36,800 bases of DNA from Stramenopiles sp. TOSAG23-2. Taxonomy: Eukaryota. The position numbers and the translations under genes were made by a program. The first letter of the stretch is position 1; each line of letters begins with the position of its first letter. Shown here in pieces: positions 10,501 through 20,140 of this stretch. The stretch is taken from positions 1 to 36,800 of the forward strand of contig LT649333.1 of assembly GCA_900128395.1 (NCBI GenBank). Direction: 5' to 3'. The notes beneath the pieces were generated by a model that saw only the letters and a list, made by a program, of their open reading frames with translations, did not search any database and had not been told where the DNA came from.

Positions 10501-13500
10501 TCATGAAATGATGCATGGTATAGGTTTGAAGTACCATATGAATCAATATCGTTGTGAAGATGGCCTTACCAATTTTCGACAATGTGCGATTAAAAAGTAC
10601 GGTAATCGATATGATGTTATAGGAACTGGTAATAGTAATAACTACGGTTTGGGGGCGCAACCTAGATTAAGAGCTGGTTGGATGAATAAAGATACTGAAA
10701 TGAAAGTTATAACGTCAAACGAGAAAAATATACAGATATATCCACATGCTTCAACTGTCCCAAACGTTCCTAAAATTGCAATTTTAAAACCATCCAATGC
10801 ATTATACACATGCCTTGCTCCAATCGTAATTGAATATAAGGAGAAAACATCTTACGATTCAACACTGGAAGATTACCAGGTTGATGGTCTTTGGATAAGT
10901 ACGTACGGCACGGAACTTATAAAAGCAAATCCATGGGACAACAATGTTGATGCATGGGCAAATTGGAAAAATTTTACTCTTAAATTTGGTACTAATTGGA
11001 CAGATGTAGAAACTGGGACAACATTTTACGATGTGTCCAAAACTGCTACTGGTGTCCAATTTAGTGTCGAGTTGACAGGGCCAACAGGATGTGTCTCTTA
11101 TCCGCCTACTATAGAGAGTACAGTTGTGGCTCAGTTTTATCCAGTCAGTATTGGGAAAGGTACAAGGACTGAAAGAGCAGCTTCGTACTGGAGTAATAAA
11201 GGTAAACAAGTAATGGGTGAGCCGGGGTTACCAAATAAATACAACATGCTCCCGAGCGGATACCGTGCACCAGCTGGCGAGTTTCCTACATGGGTGCAAC
11301 ATCATACAGCAGAATATTTATCTTGGTACCATGACCCACGGATTGAGACGATACTTTATGTTCAAACACAAGCAACGCAAAATCGTGATTCATTGGCATG
11401 TCCCGTTCGCCCTATGACATTTAGGGTATTAAATCTTCCATGTGGGTGGGAGTTTGAAGAAGCCGGGTCTGTTAGAGCAGCGTGTCCAGGGTTAAAAGCT
11501 GCTCCAGCCATGCATTTTGGGATACCAAAAGGAACAAAAAAAGGTATGTATCGTATATATATACGTACTCAACATGCTGATCATCTCATGGCGCCTGAGG
11601 ATGAAGCTGATGTAAACGGTGCCAGTACAAACACATATGAGTTAATATTATGTGTCGATGAGTACAACAAGTGGTTTCAAAATTCTGGTAAAGGAAGTTG
11701 TAACAATGTGCCCGTGGAGCCTCAACCATGGAACAATACGTTGAAACTTAAATATGAAAACAAGCCTTCATGTTTGTCTCTAGATAACAATTTGAATAGT
11801 CAAGCAAATTTTGAAATCTTTGACAATAGATTCACATCATGGAATTTTCGCCATGCATTAACGCATGATAGTGTCGGCTTGGATGTAGATTTTAAAGGAT
11901 ATAGCTTGCCAAAATCTTGTGTAAACAGAAATAGATTCAGCATATGGTTGAATGATGTAGAAGGTTATACATCGCCATATCCAGCAACTGAGGAATGCCA
12001 ATTAGCTGCAGCAACCTGTCAAATTTATAATCCAAGTGTATTATCAAACCCACCAAATGTTTGGCAGGTATTAAATGGCTTGGGCGCTGGAAATGCAACG
12101 TTTGGTACGACAAATGGACCAGTGGTAGACCCGAATAAAGGTTTCTATCCTAAAATGGGGTGGCATACACATGCGGAGTCATACCCTGCATTTATACGAA
12201 AGTATGAAAAACCGGGTTTATTGCGGAGAGCCTTTCACAATGTGTTACAACCAGAAACGCAGTATGTTGCATATTGCGCGCAGGAAGCTGGTAGACAAGG
12301 TCCGGCGGAGATTGCACATTTGACTTTTACAACCAAAGCTAAACCAGCACAAATTGGTGAAATTGGCGTTTCTTTTCCAAATAAAAATTTAACGTCTATT
12401 AAAGTAAATGTAACTTTCAACCGAGATAACTTAGCAGGTTGTTACATCACAAGAAAAGGTGCAGATCGGCCAAGTATTGATGGTGGTGGAGTCTTGTCAG
12501 AAACGCTTAGTCAATTCGCATATGCAAACACTCCTCTTACCTATGAAATGTTCACAGGGTTGCCAGGACGCAGATGGTTTAAAAAAGGGTGTTACGCAAA
12601 TGGTGCATTAGCAAATGGGCAGCCAGGTTGCACGAGTTTGCATTGCAAGGTACCAATGATGTATTGCGTAGATCCAGAAGTGGATCAAAGGAGGGCCGAT
12701 GTAGCAGAATTTGAATTAAAATACGACAGTGAATATTGGATGTGGTGTGCCCAAGGTAGTTTTAGTAGCTCGGGATATGGTTGGAACAATGATGGAACAC
12801 TTATGCCTGAAGATAATCAAATAGATGATCTTATAATAGTAGGGCCAAAAACCTTTAGGACACCAAGAGATCCAAATACTTGTCACAGAAACCCACCTAG
12901 TAATGGTGAATTTGAACTTCAATTGGCACGCGGGGAGAGCACTGTTTATGGAAATACGGGAAATTCCGAGTTGCTGGAAAAGACAAAATTTGAAGGGACA
13001 AATACAGACAAGTATCCAACTGTTTTTGTCGTTCGTAGTACTTTAAAATCTACAGACAATTTGAAATGCAAAGCAGATGCAAATTACGACGATGAAAAAG
13101 TAGGATGGAAACTTGAAACGGTGGTCTGGTCGGACAGGCCAGTAGTTGTTGATAATGTTGAAAATAATGAAGACAATGAAGCAGATGATAACCCATTGGC
13201 AAACGAGAATCAAACACAATACCAAATGGTTGGTGATGACGATGATGATGGGACTCGTAGGAGGCTCCGAACGTTTGATAAGGGTCGTATGATGGCAGAG
13301 GAAGCCGATGATTCCGCTGCTGGATGGGGTCTCCAATCCGATGCCTATGCTGGTATTGATGGAAGTGCCAGCTCATTTGCAATTGCTGTTCCAAAGCATG
13401 CAAAAGCTGGCTTGTATAGAATTAAAGTGCGGGCTGTACATCCATACCTTAAAAATACATGTATTGATAGTGGAAATGATAATGTTCATGAATTACTAGT

Positions 13501-16078
13501 ATGCGTTTGCACAACGTTGGAATGTGGCGCTGCTTCGATTACGACGTATAAAAAACAAGGAAAGAATCATGTTTGGAAATGCAACAATAAAACGTATACT
13601 GCCTTTAAATCCAAAAGTGATCCTTCAAAATATGACTGTAAAACGTGTCATGTTGGTAAAGGTTCAGAATGTGGATCTTGTGTTACCGATAAATCGAGTT
13701 TTCGTGATAATGCATGTGCGGGCTGTAATCCTGGGTATACTTTAACTAATCAAGGAACATGTGTTTTGACCCCTACTAGTGGGAAAGTTGTAAATGCTGC
13801 GTACAATGCAAATGCGTTAACTTTGGATCAGCAATATGAATCTGGGCAATTGAACTTTGATACACTGGCAAAAGAGCTGAAAACTGATTGTAACAATAAA
13901 CCTGCTGATTGTATAGATGCATATGACGAAGGCGCTCCTGGCTCAACACCGGCATTCCCATGGGCCGATTTTGTATCATGCGAAGATGAGGGATTCGATG
14001 CATGCTCTGGCAATGCAAGATTAAAATTATATTGTAAAAAGACTTGCTGCACATGTGACAAGAGTGACAGTTCTGGTTCACAACAAGATAATTCACAACA
14101 ACAACAGTCCCTGGGAGAAGAGAAGACGGATGGTGATTACTATGTAGACCAAGCCAATACAGAAAATGCACCGGCTACATGTTATGCAACACAAAACGTT
14201 ATGTCACTTGGACCCGATGGAAAACAACTATGGGAAGCTAAAATTTGTGTAGATGAAAATGGGAAGGTTAGTGGGACGCCTAATAAAATCACTCTATACA
14301 ATCGCTGGTCTACTGCAACAGCAACAGATAAGAAGGTAGTCACTGCTGCTGCATTCAAAATGGGTTGTGGTAATGAGTTATGTGGTGCAACTGGATGTCC
14401 ATCTAAGCAAAATGTCGATACACCAACTGACGGGAATGCCTTATCTGTAAACCAAGGCGTAACAGATGTAACAGTACAGCCTGGGGGCAACGTTGGGTTA
14501 AATGATCTGGCAAATCCAACCGGAACTTCGTATAGTAATGGAAATTGTTATAACGTATGGGATAAGGAACTACAAACGTCAGGAAGTAAACCATGGTCTG
14601 ATTTTACAAGCTGCGAAGACGAAGCTGGGGCTTGTCATGATAATCCCATGGTAAAAGAAAATTGCCAATTTACATGTGGCTGTGATGCTACTGATACGGA
14701 CGAAGACGACGATGTTGATGATGATGTAAACACTGCTGCAACTGAAAATCAACAATGCGTTGCAAAGTATATAAATCTCTTTGGCTTAGAGTTTGATGTT
14801 GTGTATGGCGATTGCTATAATCCTGTCGAAGATGGCTGCTTTAATCGTTATGAAGTTGCCCATGATCATCCAAGACATCTGTCGGAACCACCGTGGTTTG
14901 TTGGCTGTGAGCAGCATGTCAGTCAAGGTGATTGCCGTGATTCTGACCATACAGCTGAACTGAAGCTTGGTTGCGCTTTATCTTGTGAATATTGTGTTGA
15001 GGATCAGGTGCCAGAATTTAAAATATGTGTTGGTACGGAAGGAGACGACACTGTTTTGCATGATGAAAATAGTATTGATGGAGTGGAAATTAAAATGACG
15101 ATATATGGCAGAAAATGTTTGAAGATATATGACCCGGAACAAATTTATCCATCAACATATGGTAATGTTGATATGAATGTAGAAATACGATTGAAAGAAT
15201 GTAATAATCCTGAGTCGGATGATTGTTTAAGAAAATTATGCTTTAAGAAGGGGAATGGTGGGGAATGTGATGGATCAATGTATATGGAATTGGAGCAAAG
15301 CTCCTTTGAATTTGGTACAACATCACATTCACAAAGTGAGGAGAACACTGGTGAAGTAATCGTACAAGCTGGTCAACGATCGTATTTTGAATTTTCACAT
15401 TGGGGTGAGTTAAGGCAAACTGATGAGACATCAGCAGAATTTGGCAGTGCTAAAATAACTAGGCGTTGCTACATTGAAAAAGGTGTGCGTTATGATGTAG
15501 ATGGAAATTCGGAAGAGTATTGGGAAGATCCATATTGTACATTGTACCAAGCCCATGCAACTATTGATGATAATACAGTTAGTAATCCGAATTTTGAAAA
15601 CATAAATGATGAAGCGGCTCTCGGCGCTTCTTGTAAAAGCGTCACTAGTAATTGTGTGAATGAGTTTGAATTGCCTAGTGGCGATAGTCGCTATCGAAAC
15701 CCTTTAACAGAGGCATGGGATGATTTTGAAAGTTGCGAAGCTGAAAAGCAGTTGTGCCTTGAAGATCATTACAGTGCGGATATTATAAAAGGTGGTTGCG
15801 CATGTACTTGCCGTAGGTGTCAACCAGATGATTACATTGATCCTGAGATTGGTGGAGCATATATGCAAAACATGGATGGTACCCCTGGCATGACCCCTGG
15901 CATGTACAGTAATGATGCTCGTCGGCGTCGTTTAAAAAGAAGTACACCTTTCATGGGCACTAAAAAATTAAAAAAACGAAAATTAAAGAAACGAAAAAAA
16001 AAGAGAAAAGGTCACAGAAGAAAAACAATGAAAAAATATATTCCTCATGCAAGGATTAAAGACAGGCGTAGAAGATAG
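7523..16078 (+). CDS. 2851-aa type II membrane-anchored multidomain zinc metalloprotease (M11/gametolysin-like zincin) with EF-hand, Cys-rich, Ig/FN3-like and ShK-like repeats
   Basis: Single ORF. EF-hand loop DKDGDGVVTLWE (7832-7867); TM helix (~7925-7999); CxDGxQNGDETDIDCGG module (9713-9856); HEMMHGIGLKYH (10502-10537) followed by YGNRYDVIG and LRAGW; four Cys-rich ShK-like repeats (13910-15820); several RRL/RRRL sites; polybasic tail. Confidence 0.85.
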   Translation: MSDNKVTMVDNPMKDGKNIELTNANNDDDDDGIFDEDVVTVDEDTLGEEINIEKKKSLKHTMTMGGHDGIPLGFKIQDIMDDLKKRPGDDDKDQLLIKLLSDADKDGDGVVTLWELTEMAKVLEADEKKIKSLKLIIALTCFAFLSVCGILMGLTIAGIEITKETRAVGNSFQVVPGYTLTPRTKSQTRRLDANGRKLQQVDAADMQQGNGVKIKCNERTLLPLGCPDDAWYLDPTHYQHDPNTFTEADVEANIEKDENLWQSTCEKMQFCIDGSEPYLDTQSMTQQNFQETGDNRQTQSQFNAQTITEKKWKFKATACLPNNVLDSIADISFKRTCSSGSGWQQPQEFALSISSVEVHVNPPEVIFQTDQGAVKLQGLNDILVPWQNWNVDSPTFLTDGSEWLLKDTVDYNSGCNVETILYADELPQGMQWTADEQKCREAGSSSNIVGNTVNDEYVVIYEEYTKCDPVADASNPLCQSYPFALNAKYKKVPHVLYHVFNTHDEIVTLLKKTQYDNTLQKNMETIEVKNIELGKKLEYVMTPENFRNFSKKAKLSTDGRVIMNVTNKNVLECESHQHLTLTNPTYERGCGNSILIQDNAHDGTDNSVRRRLTHDSHRIRRRGLKMNARHHKYTSIDVNLLNKHALQHPKRKSVHRINHIKKWKKRQLNQAFKLEVKAGDTISNNKDRFLIMPSVHVQDYLDKYRPIKVMVDNDGIVKGSKVKSPTSTYRCLDGIQNGDETDIDCGGTTCPRRCAVEQKCKRDFDCGSSMCDEGNKLCSVDDSPKSIVERKAFVKNHQKDQHEKDFISSKSKRRKFNPFRRRLGGNPSPIPEQDPFESIGGIASNGVPLIGHDAKILVQVYSWKNMNAENALDQSLFEHWYNTKVNEWLSWASYGKFGVKPTFIYHEHTMHSEKDSNGDCNTEGLYHYSSDNNIEKVYSDNNIKEKDFHVVVRIYYTKECSPMAGAAGSVNPVRITMSHRNTTGYWKNAKTYIHEMMHGIGLKYHMNQYRCEDGLTNFRQCAIKKYGNRYDVIGTGNSNNYGLGAQPRLRAGWMNKDTEMKVITSNEKNIQIYPHASTVPNVPKIAILKPSNALYTCLAPIVIEYKEKTSYDSTLEDYQVDGLWISTYGTELIKANPWDNNVDAWANWKNFTLKFGTNWTDVETGTTFYDVSKTATGVQFSVELTGPTGCVSYPPTIESTVVAQFYPVSIGKGTRTERAASYWSNKGKQVMGEPGLPNKYNMLPSGYRAPAGEFPTWVQHHTAEYLSWYHDPRIETILYVQTQATQNRDSLACPVRPMTFRVLNLPCGWEFEEAGSVRAACPGLKAAPAMHFGIPKGTKKGMYRIYIRTQHADHLMAPEDEADVNGASTNTYELILCVDEYNKWFQNSGKGSCNNVPVEPQPWNNTLKLKYENKPSCLSLDNNLNSQANFEIFDNRFTSWNFRHALTHDSVGLDVDFKGYSLPKSCVNRNRFSIWLNDVEGYTSPYPATEECQLAAATCQIYNPSVLSNPPNVWQVLNGLGAGNATFGTTNGPVVDPNKGFYPKMGWHTHAESYPAFIRKYEKPGLLRRAFHNVLQPETQYVAYCAQEAGRQGPAEIAHLTFTTKAKPAQIGEIGVSFPNKNLTSIKVNVTFNRDNLAGCYITRKGADRPSIDGGGVLSETLSQFAYANTPLTYEMFTGLPGRRWFKKGCYANGALANGQPGCTSLHCKVPMMYCVDPEVDQRRADVAEFELKYDSEYWMWCAQGSFSSSGYGWNNDGTLMPEDNQIDDLIIVGPKTFRTPRDPNTCHRNPPSNGEFELQLARGESTVYGNTGNSELLEKTKFEGTNTDKYPTVFVVRSTLKSTDNLKCKADANYDDEKVGWKLETVVWSDRPVVVDNVENNEDNEADDNPLANENQTQYQMVGDDDDDGTRRRLRTFDKGRMMAEEADDSAAGWGLQSDAYAGIDGSASSFAIAVPKHAKAGLYRIKVRAVHPYLKNTCIDSGNDNVHELLVCVCTTLECGAASITTYKKQGKNHVWKCNNKTYTAFKSKSDPSKYDCKTCHVGKGSECGSCVTDKSSFRDNACAGCNPGYTLTNQGTCVLTPTSGKVVNAAYNANALTLDQQYESGQLNFDTLAKELKTDCNNKPADCIDAYDEGAPGSTPAFPWADFVSCEDEGFDACSGNARLKLYCKKTCCTCDKSDSSGSQQDNSQQQQSLGEEKTDGDYYVDQANTENAPATCYATQNVMSLGPDGKQLWEAKICVDENGKVSGTPNKITLYNRWSTATATDKKVVTAAAFKMGCGNELCGATGCPSKQNVDTPTDGNALSVNQGVTDVTVQPGGNVGLNDLANPTGTSYSNGNCYNVWDKELQTSGSKPWSDFTSCEDEAGACHDNPMVKENCQFTCGCDATDTDEDDDVDDDVNTAATENQQCVAKYINLFGLEFDVVYGDCYNPVEDGCFNRYEVAHDHPRHLSEPPWFVGCEQHVSQGDCRDSDHTAELKLGCALSCEYCVEDQVPEFKICVGTEGDDTVLHDENSIDGVEIKMTIYGRKCLKIYDPEQIYPSTYGNVDMNVEIRLKECNNPESDDCLRKLCFKKGNGGECDGSMYMELEQSSFEFGTTSHSQSEENTGEVIVQAGQRSYFEFSHWGELRQTDETSAEFGSAKITRRCYIEKGVRYDVDGNSEEYWEDPYCTLYQAHATIDDNTVSNPNFENINDEAALGASCKSVTSNCVNEFELPSGDSRYRNPLTEAWDDFESCEAEKQLCLEDHYSADIIKGGCACTCRRCQPDDYIDPEIGGAYMQNMDGTPGMTPGMYSNDARRRRLKRSTPFMGTKKLKKRKLKKRKKKRKGHRRKTMKKYIPHARIKDRRRR

Positions 16079-16226
16079 TTTTTATACGTATATTCGTAGT
16101 TTTTTAAATCATATATATTATATATAGTTCATATCATATTATACTCGTTTGTATGATCTGCATATCAAATATTTAATATGAATTAAATATACGTATAATA
16201 ATATGAAAAATTTACTCGTATATGAA

Positions 16227-16246
16227 TACACACACACACACACACA
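16227..16246. repeat. (CA)n microsatellite
   Basis: Direct ac/ca dinucleotide run in the convergent spacer. Confidence 0.85.
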
Positions 16247-16312
16247 TTATGATACAAACCGTCGTATCATATATATATATCATATCATACGGCTGGTCAT
16301 TTAAAAATAAAT

Positions 16313-18556
16313 TTATCTTGAACTTCTACGAAAAACTAAAATGATATCGATTGGAGCAGACATATTCTTTTCCATAGCACCACCATTATACGTCTCTTGT
16401 TCATTCCAAAAATTAATCCATTTATCAGTACTTGTACCTGGGAAATACACATCTCTATAACGTTGTTGATATGATAAAACAGGTGCTACCATTAAGTCAT
16501 CACCAAACATATACTGATCTTCAATAATAATTGCATTCAAATCATTTGGAAAATCAAAAAACAATGGGCGCATTGGTGGACGACCAGTTTTACTTGCCTG
16601 GTCCATAGTTGTTCGTAGATATGTTTTCATCTTTGCACGTGTATGTATCATAGTACTTAAAATGGCATAATTTTCTTTACCAAAAGACCAAGGTTCGTTT
16701 GGACAATCTTGAAACCAACCTTTCTCTTCTGCAGTACATTCCCTGGCACCATGCATTCTCATAATTGGTACAAATGTTCCTAATTGAAACCATCGAACAA
16801 CTAATTCTTGAAATTCTGGGTCACTGTTATTTCCACCAATATAGCCTCCAATATCAAACGTCCATCGAGAGATACCACTCATACCCATATTCATTCCAGC
16901 AGGTACTTGATTGTACAAATTTTCAAAGTTTGAACGTGTATCCCCACTCCATACACCTGCGCCAAATCTTTGAGATCCAGCCCAAGCACTACGAGATAGC
17001 ATGATTGGAATGGCAGACTTATTGCTCTCTTGCCATCCTTCATAAACAGCACGTTGTTCCTCAAATGGATACATCAAACCAATTTCATTTAAACTACCTT
17101 GTGCAAATTGTGCATCTGCAGATGGAAAAGGATTATCTTCGCCTAAATTTCCATTTCCTTCATTTGCATCTAACCAAAATAAAGAAACACCATTATCTAA
17201 ATGATTTGTTTTCAGTTGATTCCAAAAATAACTTCTAGCATCTGGATGAAATTGATCAACTATTCTTGCATCTCTAGCCAATTGGAAGCCAACAGCACAT
17301 CCTCCTGTTTCTGTACTAACAAATAATCCTTCGTCATTTAATGCTTCAAAATTATCAGATGCCTCTTCTACTGTTGGCCATACACTCACCATGGATTTCG
17401 CACCCGTTAATGATTCTATTTCTTCGTACATTTTTTTTGGATTTCTGTGAAGCATAGTATAGTAGCATTATGAATAAGTGATATGTTAGAAGAGGATATT
17501 ACAACTTGAAGGGAATATAGAATTTACTTACGGCCAATCTTTGGAATTCAATTTCCAATCTCCGACATGTGGGGAAAATTCTGTATCAGCATCAATGACA
17601 ATAATTGATAATGGCAATTCACGCAAGGCGAATTCTTTGGTAACATTTAAAAGTTCTTTTTCATTTGCATATCTATTTTTACATTGCCAGTAACCAAGTG
17701 CATAATCTGGAAATGGTGGTGGATGACCAGTTGCTTCTACATATCTTTCCATGATATCGAACGAATTTTCTCCAGCAAATATCATATAATCAACTTGTTT
17801 TGTTGCAGATGCAACCCACCTTGTACGACCGCCTGGTTGTGTACCAGATGCAAGCTCCACTCTACCACGTGATGGAACGTTCCATAAAAAGCCATAATTC
17901 TGACTTGATAATAAAAATGGTATTGAAACTTCTGTATTAAAATGTTCTAGATCTAATACCATTCCAGCTTGATTTAATCTACCATTTTGATGTTGTCCTA
18001 ATCCATATAATCTTTCGTTTTTGTTGCCATTAAAAGATATTGTTGCACTAATTAAATCACCAGAACCACGAGCATATGCACGCAAAGCACGAGCAGGTAC
18101 ACCATGTAAAGGATAATGCTCACTTAATAGAATCTCGTTTGTATCGCTCCGTTTAAATTCCAATGCCATAGCACGAATGCCATCTGGTCCAGGAGTATTA
18201 CCAGAACAACAATTGAGAATTGGATAAATTGTTGCATGGATTAAATTATTAATAATAGTGCCATTACCATTTTTTATGTATAGCTTTACATCGTCAGAAT
18301 TAACATCATTTACTTCTGGTGTTCTTAAAATAGCACCAAGTGCATTCTCATTAATGCCTAAACTGCGCCCATTTGTCATTCGAACTCGAATAGAATCTTT
18401 TTTACCATATGCTTCTACTTGGACATATTCCATGTTATTACGCCAATAAATTACATTTTTGGTATTATCAATACGAAGAATAGTTGCATTTATCTTCTTG
18501 CTTAATATAAATAAAATTAATGATGATAATAACAATACTTGTAATGACATTCTCAT
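16313..18556 (-). CDS. Secreted glycoside hydrolase family 31 (alpha-xylosidase/alpha-glucosidase-like); two exons (18556-17532 and 17444-16313), 718 aa after splicing
   Basis: Signal peptide; ERLYGLGQH, GYWQCKNRY, WLDANE (nucleophile Asp), SRSAWAGSQRFG..WSGD (acid/base Asp), DIGGY, RWFQLGTF.PIMRMHG, PMRPLFFDFP and QYMFGDDLMVAPV. Splicing rejoins the two ORFs in frame as DWPNPKKM. Confidence 0.93.
17445..17531 (-). other. 87-nt spliceosomal (GT-AG) intron in the GH31 gene
   Basis: Minus-strand donor CC|GTAAGT at 17531, CTAAC branch-like motif at 17485-17489 and acceptor CACAG| at 17445. Removal restores the frame (CC+A = Pro). Confidence 0.9.
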
Positions 18557-18877
18557 ATATATAAAGTGGGTTGATAATTATATATACAGATAGATGTGAT
18601 GAATAGGTAGATAAATTACTAGGTATCTATATATCTTTTTCTTCTTTTTTTTTTTGAATATTGAACTGAGGTGTTGCAGGTAGGAGATATGTATTAATAA
18701 TATAATAATAAAAATAATTTCAATAAATGGTAAAAATATTTTAATTTACCGGTATTATTATTTATTAATTTCACATCCAACTTGTGGAATACATTTAATA
18801 CCACCAGAACAATCAGCTATAAAGCCGATTTAGTTTTTTCCAACACAACACGCTTTTTTTTTATTTATCATAATTGT

Positions 18878-19690
18878 TTACAATTCCATCCCTCGATTTG
18901 ACATATCATTTTCAACTATTTTTAATTTATCCTTTAATTTTTGAGCTTGATTTTTATATAATTTAATTTCTTCTTTCAATTTATTTCTTTCTGCTATTTT
19001 TCCATCTTTTAAACGATTGACACGTTCTAATTCGTTTCGTAAATCAATATGTTGCTTATTTAATTTCTTTTTTTCTTTCTCCTCTGTAGTTAATTTACGT
19101 TTTTTCTTGGACTGTTTCTTTTTTTTCGATGTTGGTGGTGCTGGTAACGCAGGTGATTTCCCATCTGGTGCACAAACTCTTAAACCATTCACACATAATT
19201 TTTCATTTAAACCGTCTGGTCCAGCTTGTACTGCTTTTTCAAATTCTTCTTCATATTTTTCCACCATGGCATCACACCAAACTTTCAATTGTTGGCCTTC
19301 AGTATGACTTTGTGCACCACCAATAGTCATTGTACCATCAATATGCACATCACCTTCGGCATAATTAATTCTTTGCCATTTCGATCTTCCATCATCCATA
19401 ACAGTTTTACCATAATGTTGTAACTGTGGACATAAATTATCCATAATTAATATTGCTCGTAACTCACTAACTTCATAATTCGTTTTTTTACCAACACGTT
19501 TTCCTCTTGAATCTAACCGTCCAGTTTGTATCGCGCTGCCTTTGATTTCAAAGCGCAAGGCACGATCCAATTCATAAATAATAGCATTACATGCTGAACA
19601 TTTTTCATCAATACCATCAAAATCTGCTTTACTACTAGCAATAAATAATACTTGGAGAAAAAGTATAATTAAAATATTATTTTTTTTCAT
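18878..19690 (-). CDS. Canopy/CNPY (DUF3456, saposin-like) ER protein with a basic coiled-coil tail
   Basis: Start is more likely the ATG at 19690 (MKKNNILIILFLQVLFIASSKA signal peptide) than the GTG at 19729. Motifs KCSACNAI, GRLDSRG, YEVSELR...MDNLC, LKVWCDAMVEKYEEE and LC.....VC; C-terminal GMEL is KDEL-like. Confidence 0.88.
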   Translation of the reverse strand: MKKNNILIILFLQVLFIASSKADFDGIDEKCSACNAIIYELDRALRFEIKGSAIQTGRLDSRGKRVGKKTNYEVSELRAILIMDNLCPQLQHYGKTVMDDGRSKWQRINYAEGDVHIDGTMTIGGAQSHTEGQQLKVWCDAMVEKYEEEFEKAVQAGPDGLNEKLCVNGLRVCAPDGKSPALPAPPTSKKKKQSKKKRKLTTEEKEKKKLNKQHIDLRNELERVNRLKDGKIAERNKLKEEIKLYKNQAQKLKDKLKIVENDMSNRGMEL

Positions 19691-20140
19691 TATTTGTTTT
19701 TTTTTTGCAAATGTATATTTTAAACACACGATATGTTATAATTAGTTTTGGTTAATATTTGTTATATAAATCTTGCCTTATTGTTCTTTAATTAATTACG
19801 TCAGTGATTTTTTCTGTTACGTTTGTTTATATTTCGATCTATTTTTCTTTGTGGTTCATTATTTTTTTTTGTGTACTATATATTTATTCATCATTCTATA
19901 TTTACCTGTGGTATTCATTCTGGCATCTTTTTCCAGAAGAAAACAACACAACAACAACATACAAAAATGTAGTATTTTATAAATTATAATCTTAATAGCA
20001 CGAACAAATACATCATATATAAATAGAATATATAATAATACACAATATAACATATAGATATATATTAATTATCATCAATACGGAATGTTTCTACAACAAC
20101 AACATTTTCAACACGTTTACTCTTCAGAACAATAATAAAC

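Noticed and set aside
16313..18556. GH31 as two genes or a pseudogene
   Set aside because: A canonical GT-AG intron at 17445-17531 joins the two ORFs in frame and restores the conserved WP.P..M motif.
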